A stretch of 56,074 nt of DNA. Origin: an uncultured Alphaproteobacteria bacterium (GTDB lineage Bacteria > Pseudomonadota > Alphaproteobacteria > HIMB59). The position numbers and the translations under genes are program-made. The DNA lies in the NCBI GenBank assembly GCA_902617465.1, contig CACMWO010000001.1:1-56074 (forward strand), read 5' to 3'. The notes under the pieces are model-generated. The model ran no database searches, had not been told where the DNA came from, and was given only the letters and a program-made list of their open reading frames with translations. How positions within the stretch are numbered: position 1 is the stretch's first letter; every line of letters starts with the position of its first letter. Positions 49,482 through 56,074 of this stretch are shown one piece after another.

Positions 49482-50926
49482 TTTTTCCAAAAAGAGGGTA
49501 ATATCAATACTAAAATAGTTAACATTTCTAATCTTCCTAAAAACATTGTAACTATCAGAACTAGTTTAGAGTAATTTGACAAAGAATTATAATTCCCTTC
49601 AGGGCCTATGATTTCTCCCAATCCAGGCCCTACATTTGAAATAGATGAAGCAGATGCTGAGATGCATGTAAGAAAATCAAGACCACTAAAAGAAAGCAAA
49701 AGAGCAGAAATTGCAAAAGTAAAGATATATACAAAAAAAAATATAACTACTGACTCATAAGTTGACTCAGTAACTTTCTTGCCATTGAATTGTGCTGTCA
49801 TTACAATATGAGGCTGTAACATTCTTTTTAAATGTAGAACAATATATTTAAACAAAATTTGAAAACGGAAAATCTTTAAACCCCCTGTTGTTGAACCTGC
49901 ACAACCTCCAACAAACATAAGTAAAAGGAATAAAACTGAGGCGTAATTTCCCCATTTTTCGAAATTACTACTAACATATCCTGTACCTGAAATAATTGAG
50001 ATAGTATTAAAGCTAATTGTAGAGAATTTTTGAAAGGTGTCTCCCTCTACAAAAGATTGTGCAAAATAATAAATAGATGCTATTGCTAAAATTAAAATAC
50101 CCAAAAAAAGCCTTATTTGATGATCTTTTATCAAAGAAGAAATATTATTAATACGCATTTGCGCTAGTAGTAAAAAAGGGAAACTTCCTAATATCATAAA
50201 TATAATTGCGATATTAAGTAATGTTGTATTTTGAAAATAAGCAAAGGAATCATCATGAGTAGAAAACCCACCTGTTGATATTGTAGTAAAGCTATGTGCT
50301 AGCGCATCAAATAAAGTCATATGATTCAAATAATAAAGAATAAATAAAATTGCAGTAAGAGATACATAAACAATTATAATTTTTTTTACTACAGAAGAAA
50401 TTTTTGGTAAGAATTTGTCATAAGGGTCATCCCCCTCTAAGTGAAAAAGCTGCATACCTCCTATTCGAAGAAAAGGCAAAATTACTAATGCAATTACAAC
50501 TATTCCTATTCCACCTAACCATTGTAGAAGCGCTCTCCACAACAGAATACCTTTAGGTAGCCCATCTATATTATTAAGAATTGTAGCGCCTGTTGTTGTA
50601 ATACCACTCATAGACTCAAAGAAAGCATCAACTACTGATAAGTTTGTTTCAGTATAAATGAATGGTACTGCACATAAAATACCAAGCAGTATCCAAGAAA
50701 GAACAGTAATTAAGAAGGCTTCTTTGGTTGAGATTTTTAATTCGATATTTCTGTTAGTTATTACTAAAGATCCACCAACAATCAGGTACAAAAGTATTGG
50801 AACAAAATAAGATTGCCAAGATTCTGTTTTATAAAATAACTCTGCTATCATAGGAATGAAAAGAAGAAATCCTACGGCGCATACAACAGTACCACCAACT
50901 AAGGCAATAGGTCTAAAATTTAACAT
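49478..50926 (-). CDS. trkH: TrkH-family potassium uptake membrane protein
   Basis: FFESMSGITTTGAT, LQWLGGIG, STGGFS, GGCAGSTTGGLK, SNVGPG, GRLE. Confidence 0.95.
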   Translation of the reverse strand: MLNFRPIALVGGTVVCAVGFLLFIPMIAELFYKTESWQSYFVPILLYLIVGGSLVITNRNIELKISTKEAFLITVLSWILLGILCAVPFIYTETNLSVVDAFFESMSGITTTGATILNNIDGLPKGILLWRALLQWLGGIGIVVIALVILPFLRIGGMQLFHLEGDDPYDKFLPKISSVVKKIIIVYVSLTAILFILYYLNHMTLFDALAHSFTTISTGGFSTHDDSFAYFQNTTLLNIAIIFMILGSFPFLLLAQMRINNISSLIKDHQIRLFLGILILAIASIYYFAQSFVEGDTFQKFSTISFNTISIISGTGYVSSNFEKWGNYASVLFLLLMFVGGCAGSTTGGLKIFRFQILFKYIVLHLKRMLQPHIVMTAQFNGKKVTESTYESVVIFFFVYIFTFAISALLLSFSGLDFLTCISASASSISNVGPGLGEIIGPEGNYNSLSNYSKLVLIVTMFLGRLEMLTILVLILPSFWKN

Positions 50927-50937
50927 TAAAAATAATA

Positions 50938-51342
50938 CTAGTGTAAATTTTTTTTCCCATATGGGCTGTCAAGAGAAAATGCTGGTATATCAATTTTTAG
51001 CTGCTCTCCATTATTCTGGGACATAAGGTAAAAACCTTGCATAAAACCATTGGAAGTTTTCAGAGGAGTACCACTTGTATACTCAAAACTCTCTCCAGGC
51101 TGAATAACAGGAAATTCACCAACAACACCCTCTCCTTGAATATTTATAACTTTACCATTTGCATCAATAATTACCCAATTCCGGTGATTTAGCTTTATGG
51201 TGTTTGATGATGAGTTTTTAATGTTGACTTGATAAGCCCAAACATAGTGATCCTCTTTTGGTGAAGACTGATCATCCAGAAAATAAGGAGTTACAGTCAC
51301 CGTTACCCCACCTGTAGTTTTTGAATACATATAGTTCAACAT
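50938..51342 (-). CDS. apaG: ApaG protein
   Basis: YVWAY, GEGVVGEFP, FEYTSGTPL, IPAFSLDSP. Confidence 0.95.
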   Translation of the reverse strand: MLNYMYSKTTGGVTVTVTPYFLDDQSSPKEDHYVWAYQVNIKNSSSNTIKLNHRNWVIIDANGKVINIQGEGVVGEFPVIQPGESFEYTSGTPLKTSNGFMQGFYLMSQNNGEQLKIDIPAFSLDSPYGKKNLH

Positions 51343-51376
51343 ACCTTATTTAAAGAATATATTGAATAAATAGATT

Positions 51377-53047
51377 TTAAAATAGTCCTTGAATTAAACC
51401 TTTATCATCTAGCATTATAGAATTAGCACTTGGAACTTTAGGCAAACCAGGCATTGTCATAATCTGACCTGTCACAACAACTATAAAGCCAGCTCCCGCT
51501 GACAGTCTTACTTCTCTTACTGGGACAGTAAAACCATTTGGAGCTCCTCTTAAAGAGGGGTTTGTTGAAAAACTGTATTGTGTTTTAGCAATACAAATAG
51601 GAAGTTTCCCATAACCGTTTTCCTCAAAACCTTTTAGTTGGTCACTAACAGATTTATCAATAACAATATCATCAGCTCTATATATTTTTTTAGCTACAGA
51701 ACGAATCTTATCCTCTAAAGAAATGTCATCCTCATACATAAACTTAAATTTTGATGGTTCGCTTAATTCACTAATTTTTACCACTTCCTCAGCCAACTCT
51801 AAAGTACCTTCACCACCATTGGCCCAGTGCGAACATAGTATTGCTTTTACTCCTAATTTTTCACACCCATCAGAGATAACTTTACCTTCAGCTTTAGTAT
51901 CAAGAGTGAAACTATTAATGGCCACAACTGGTTGAAGTCCAAAAGATTGAATATTTTCAATATGGCGTTGTAAATTCTCAAAACCTTTTTCAACTGCAGC
52001 AATATTTTCATTATTAAGATCTGCTTTTTCAACACCCCCATGCGACTTTAAAGCTCTAACAGTTGCTACAATAACAACTACACTAGGTGTTAACCCTGCT
52101 TTACGACATTTTATGTCTAAAAACTTTTCAGCACCTAAATCTGCACCAAATCCAGCTTCTGTAACCACATAATCAGCGAGTTTTAAGCCTGTTTTAGTTG
52201 CTATAACTGTATTACATCCATGTGCAATATTAGCAAAAGGACCTCCATGTATAATTGCAGGATTATTTTCCAATGTTTGAACTAGATTTGGCATTAAAGC
52301 ATTTTTTAATAAAACTGTCATTGGACCATCGGCTTTTACATCACGTGCATATATCGGAGATTTATCTCTTTTATATGCTATTATAATATCGCCAATTCTT
52401 TTTTGAAGATCGTTAATATCATTTGCTAGACAAAAAATAGCCATGATTTCACTTGCAACTGTTATGTCGAATTTATCTTCTCTAGGAAATCCATTTGAAA
52501 CACCGCCAAGATTGACATTCACTTTTCTAAGAGATCTATCACCTAAATCAACAACTCGACCCCAGGTAATTCTTCTTTGATCTATTTGTAATTCATTTCC
52601 CCAATAAATATGATTATCAATTAATGAAGATAGCAGATTATGAGCAGCGGTAATTGCATGAAAATCACCAGTGAAGTGAAGATTAATTTCTTCCATAGGC
52701 ACAACCTGGGCATATCCACCTCCAGCAGCTCCACCCTTCATGCCAAAACATGGACCAAGGCTAGGTTCTCTGAGGCAAACAATAGATTTTTTTCCAATTT
52801 TATTCAGGCCATCATTTAAGCCAACAGATGTAGTAGTTTTGCCTTCACCCGCAGGTGTCGGATTAATTGCAGTAACTAATATTAATTTTCCATCAGGGTT
52901 AGACTTACTTTTTTCAATAAAATCAAAATTTATTTTAGCTGCATCATGACCATAAGGAATAAGATTTTCCTCAGGAATATTTACTTTAGCAGCAACATCT
53001 CTTATGTGAATTTTTTTCGCAGCTCTTGCTATCTCTATATCTGACAT
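51377..53047 (-). CDS. fhs: Formate--tetrahydrofolate ligase
   Basis: [52 protein letters not shown]. Confidence 0.97.
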   Translation of the reverse strand: MSDIEIARAAKKIHIRDVAAKVNIPEENLIPYGHDAAKINFDFIEKSKSNPDGKLILVTAINPTPAGEGKTTTSVGLNDGLNKIGKKSIVCLREPSLGPCFGMKGGAAGGGYAQVVPMEEINLHFTGDFHAITAAHNLLSSLIDNHIYWGNELQIDQRRITWGRVVDLGDRSLRKVNVNLGGVSNGFPREDKFDITVASEIMAIFCLANDINDLQKRIGDIIIAYKRDKSPIYARDVKADGPMTVLLKNALMPNLVQTLENNPAIIHGGPFANIAHGCNTVIATKTGLKLADYVVTEAGFGADLGAEKFLDIKCRKAGLTPSVVVIVATVRALKSHGGVEKADLNNENIAAVEKGFENLQRHIENIQSFGLQPVVAINSFTLDTKAEGKVISDGCEKLGVKAILCSHWANGGEGTLELAEEVVKISELSEPSKFKFMYEDDISLEDKIRSVAKKIYRADDIVIDKSVSDQLKGFEENGYGKLPICIAKTQYSFSTNPSLRGAPNGFTVPVREVRLSAGAGFIVVVTGQIMTMPGLPKVPSANSIMLDDKGLIQGLF

Positions 53048-53233
53048 TTAAATTTGGATCCTTTCCCAAAAAATCTGGTATACAATATACCAATATCTTC
53101 TTAAATTTCTAAGTTATTTAAGACAAAAAAATCCAAATTTCCCTATTATTTTTAAGCCTATGTGTCGCATTATTAACTTAATCTTCATAAAAAAGTAATT
53201 GTTCAATAATTAATTTATAATAGTTTAAAAGCA

Positions 53234-54400
53234 TTGAAAATATTAGTAGTAGGGCTTGGTTATGTTGGTACTGCAAACGCTGTTCTTTTATCACAGCATA
53301 ATGAAGTTACCTGCTTTGATTTAGATGTCTCAAAATCAAAGAAGTTAATTGATGGTATTTCGCCAATTGAGGATAAAGAAGTATCAGAGTATTTGTCCTC
53401 AAAAACATTAAATTTAAAATCAGTTGATAGTTTCCCTACTGGAATTGATGATTTTGACTTTGTAATCATAGCCACCCCAACAAATTATGACATTGAAACA
53501 AATAGATTTGATACATCCTCAATAGAACAATCATTAGAAAATATTCAAAAATCTAAATCAAACCCAACTGTAATAATTCGTTCGACTATACCCGTAGGAT
53601 TTGTAAAAAAAATACAGAATAAGTACCCTAATTTTGAAATTATTTTTGTGCCTGAATTTTTGAGAGAAGGAAGGGCATTAAAAGATAGTATTTATCCATC
53701 AAGAATAGTAATTGGCTCTCATTCTAAAAAAGGAAAAGACTTTGCAAAATTATTAGAAGATGCTTCTCTTGATAAAAAAGTTCAAACAATCTACACAAAT
53801 TCTACAGAAGCAGAGTCATCAAAATTATTTTCTAACGCCTTTTTGGCAATGCGAGTTACATTTTTTAATGAACTAGACTCATTTGCAATGTCAAGAGGTT
53901 TAAATACAAAAGAGATCATAAAATCTATAAGCTTAGATCCGAGGATTGGAGACTATTATAACAATCCCTCATTTGGATACGGGGGATACTGTTTACCTAA
54001 GGATACAAAACAACTACTTGCAAATTTCGATAAAGTTCCACAAAAAATAATGCAAGCAATAATAGAGTCTAATTCAATGAGAAAAGATTTTATTGGTTCT
54101 GAAATTGCAAAATTAAAACCAAAAACAGTTGGTGTCTATAAACTAGTTATGAAAGAAGGCTCAGACAATATAAGAGAGTCAAGCATGCAAGGCATTATGA
54201 AAAGAGTTAAAGCTAAAGGTATAAGAGTAATAGTCTACGAACCTCTTATTAAAGACAAACTATTTTTCAATTCAGAGGTTTATCAAAATTTAGAATTATT
54301 TAAAAAAGATGCTGATTTAATTCTTTGCAATAGAAGCCATTCAGAGCTAAATGATGTACAAGACAAGATTTTTACTAGAGACTTGTTTAATCAAGATTAA
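53234..54400 (+). CDS. ugd: UDP-glucose 6-dehydrogenase
   Basis: GLGYVG, IATPTNYD, PEFLREG, YNNPSFGYGGYCLPKD, FTRDLF; TTG start. Confidence 0.93.
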   Translation: MKILVVGLGYVGTANAVLLSQHNEVTCFDLDVSKSKKLIDGISPIEDKEVSEYLSSKTLNLKSVDSFPTGIDDFDFVIIATPTNYDIETNRFDTSSIEQSLENIQKSKSNPTVIIRSTIPVGFVKKIQNKYPNFEIIFVPEFLREGRALKDSIYPSRIVIGSHSKKGKDFAKLLEDASLDKKVQTIYTNSTEAESSKLFSNAFLAMRVTFFNELDSFAMSRGLNTKEIIKSISLDPRIGDYYNNPSFGYGGYCLPKDTKQLLANFDKVPQKIMQAIIESNSMRKDFIGSEIAKLKPKTVGVYKLVMKEGSDNIRESSMQGIMKRVKAKGIRVIVYEPLIKDKLFFNSEVYQNLELFKKDADLILCNRSHSELNDVQDKIFTRDLFNQD

Positions 54401-54512
54401 GTAAAAGATTAATATTTTTCCTAAATTGATCGAAAAAACACTGGAAATTCTTAGTATTTTTATATTTTAGTTTCGCATCAGATAGGTCTATACTGCCGAG
54501 GCTTATATATAT

Positions 54513-54519
54513 AAGGAGG
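54513..54519 (+). promoter_or_regulatory. Strong Shine-Dalgarno sequence of aapJ
   Basis: AAGGAGG ending 5 nt before the ATG at 54525. Confidence 0.8.
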
Positions 54520-54524
54520 AAACG

Positions 54525-55568
54525 ATGACAAAAATTAAATCGTTGTTTATTTCTCTTCTTTTAACACTAGGTGTTTCAACAGCTATCGCTGGTAGTCACG
54601 GAAGCACTCTAGATCTAGTAAAAGAAAGAGGAAAACTAATGTGTGGTTCCAACACAGGTCTTGCGGGCTTTGGTGCTCCTAACGATGCTGGTGTTTGGGA
54701 AGGTATTGACGTTGACGTATGTCGTGCTGTTGCAGCTGCTGTTTTTGGTGATGCTAATGCAGTAGAATTCGTACCAACCACTTCAAAAGTACGTTTCACT
54801 GTTCTTCAGTCTGGTGAAATTGATATGCTTTCAAGAAACACAACTTGGACTCTACAAAGAGATGTTGAGCTTGGTTTAGAATTTGTTGGTGTTAACTATT
54901 ACGATGGACAAGGCTTCATGGTTAGAAAAGACCTTGGCGTTTCAAGTGCATCTGAATTAGACGGTGCATCTGTTTGTATTCAAGTTGGTACAACAACTGA
55001 AATGAACTTAGCTGACTATTTCAAAGCTAATGGCATGTCTTATGAACCAATTCCTGTTGAAACAAACTCTGAAGCTGATGCGGCTTACTTAGCTGGTAGA
55101 TGTGATATCTATACTACTGATGCATCTGGTTTGTATGCAAGTAGAGCTGGATATCCAGACCCTTCTGCTCATATGGTATTACCAGAAATTATTTCTAAAG
55201 AGCCTCTTGGCCCTTCAGTAAGACACGGTGATAGTGAATGGGCTGACATCGTAAGATGGTCATTGAATGCTATGATTATCGCAGAAGAAAAAGGCATTAC
55301 TTCAGATAATGTTGATGAAATGAAAAACTCAAAAGATCCAGAAACTTTAAGATTACTTGGTGTTTCAAAAGTAGGAGATACTGGTGCTGGTTATGGAGCT
55401 TGGTTAGGCTTAGATGATGATTGGGCTTACAATATCATCAAACAAGTTGGTAACTACTCAGAGAGTTTTGAAAAGCATATTGGTGTAAACACACCTATTA
55501 ATATAGCCAGAGGTTTAAACGCTCTCTATAAAGATGGTGGTATTCTTTACGCACCTCCATTTAGATAA
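54525..55568 (+). CDS. aapJ: General L-amino acid ABC transporter substrate-binding protein (AapJ/BztA)
   Basis: Signal peptide, LSRNTTWT, YYDGQGF, GTTTE, ISKEPLGP, GNY, GGILYAPPFR. Confidence 0.93.
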   Translation: MTKIKSLFISLLLTLGVSTAIAGSHGSTLDLVKERGKLMCGSNTGLAGFGAPNDAGVWEGIDVDVCRAVAAAVFGDANAVEFVPTTSKVRFTVLQSGEIDMLSRNTTWTLQRDVELGLEFVGVNYYDGQGFMVRKDLGVSSASELDGASVCIQVGTTTEMNLADYFKANGMSYEPIPVETNSEADAAYLAGRCDIYTTDASGLYASRAGYPDPSAHMVLPEIISKEPLGPSVRHGDSEWADIVRWSLNAMIIAEEKGITSDNVDEMKNSKDPETLRLLGVSKVGDTGAGYGAWLGLDDDWAYNIIKQVGNYSESFEKHIGVNTPINIARGLNALYKDGGILYAPPFR

Positions 55569-55577
55569 AATCTATTT

Positions 55578-55609
55578 TTTTCGGGCTATTTAAAATAATA
55601 GCCCGAAAA
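55578..55609 (+). terminator. Stem-loop between aapJ and aapQ (partial terminator or mRNA stabiliser)
   Basis: Perfect 13-bp inverted repeat TTTTCGGGCTATT / AATAGCCCGAAAA with a 6-nt loop. Confidence 0.7.
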
Positions 55610-55634
55610 TTTCAAAGAATAATAAATTAAAAAT

Positions 55635-56074
55635 ATGTCTAATAGTTTTTTAAGAAAACTAATTTTTGATGAAAAAATTAGATCATTAGTTGTTCAAACT
55701 CTCATAATCGGCATATTCGCTTTAATTATTTATCTTATTACGCAACAAACTGCTTATAATTTAGAAAAAAGAGGCATCGGAACCGGTTTTGGTTTTTTAA
55801 ATATGTCTGCTGGATACGATATTAGTATTAGGCTTATTCCTTATACAAGTGAAAGTACACACTTTAGGGCCTATTTAGTTGGTTTAATAAATACTCTTAT
55901 GATCTCAATATGTGGATGTTTTCTTGCCACTATACTTGGTTTTCTTGTTGGCATAATCAGACTTTCAAGCAACTGGTTATTTAGAAATATTGCTTACGTA
56001 TATGTAGAGTTTACAAGAAATGTACCGGTGCTTTTACAAATTATATTATATTACACAATTCTACTTTACCTTCC
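55635..56074 (+). CDS. aapQ: Amino acid ABC transporter permease (AapQ/BztB), truncated by the window end
   Basis: Hand translation from ATG 55635: ...RGIGTGFGFL...AGYDI...VGLINTL...GIIRLSSNWL...YVEFTRNVPVLLQ; open to the window end. Confidence 0.9.
   Translation, partial: MSNSFLRKLIFDEKIRSLVVQTLIIGIFALIIYLITQQTAYNLEKRGIGTGFGFLNMSAGYDISIRLIPYTSESTHFRAYLVGLINTLMISICGCFLATILGFLVGIIRLSSNWLFRNIAYVYVEFTRNVPVLLQIILYYTILLYL

Noticed and set aside
1715-54799. Short antisense or nested ORFs in the track (e.g. 1715-1909, 7389-7724, 13869-14273, 14206-14664, 48394-48684, 52740-52949, 54596-54799)
   Set aside because: They lie on or opposite well-supported genes and have no recognisable motifs; shadow ORFs
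1-56074. CRISPR array, tRNA, rRNA or riboswitch
   Set aside because: Intergenic gaps are short (under 300 nt) and AT-rich, with no spaced repeats, cloverleaf or GC-rich structure seen by eye; a covariance-model scan would be needed to exclude small RNAs

Overview
Low-GC bacterial DNA that looks like a streamlined marine alphaproteobacterium (an inference from AT richness and the alpha-type fhs and aapJ/aapQ proteins). Bases 1 to ~48,005 are a large mosaic island for cell-surface polysaccharide (O-antigen/capsule) synthesis, whose left end lies outside the window. It encodes many glycosyltransferases (GT4, GT2, GT11, GT-C-like, sialyltransferase-like, STELLO/RGP-like), Wzz-like and EpsG/Wzy-like proteins and a PglK-type ABC flippase. 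It also carries nucleotide-sugar pathways (rmlACDB, fdt/qdt ABC, GDP-mannose 3,5-epimerase-like, dehydrogenases, a C-methyltransferase cassette) and tailoring enzymes (OafA-type O-acyltransferase, AsnB amidotransferase, methyltransferases, 2OG oxygenase). From 48,107 the window is housekeeping: argF, a lipoprotein, trkH, apaG, fhs, ugd, aapJ and the start of aapQ. The top candidate system is at 12,579-16,088: a SxtJ-like membrane protein, a 49-aa peptide missing from the ORF track that ends in the DltX-type motif FIYxxF, a NodU/CmcH carbamoyltransferase and a membrane-anchored SGNH protein. I hypothesise that this is an MBOAT-free, tyrosine-shuttle relay that carbamoylates glycan outside the cytoplasm. 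Four island genes are each split by one extra base in a homopolymer (A6, G8, A8, A11), which could be sequencing error or phase variation. All family assignments come from motif recognition by eye; no searches were run. I found no rRNA, tRNA, CRISPR array, integrase or transposase.
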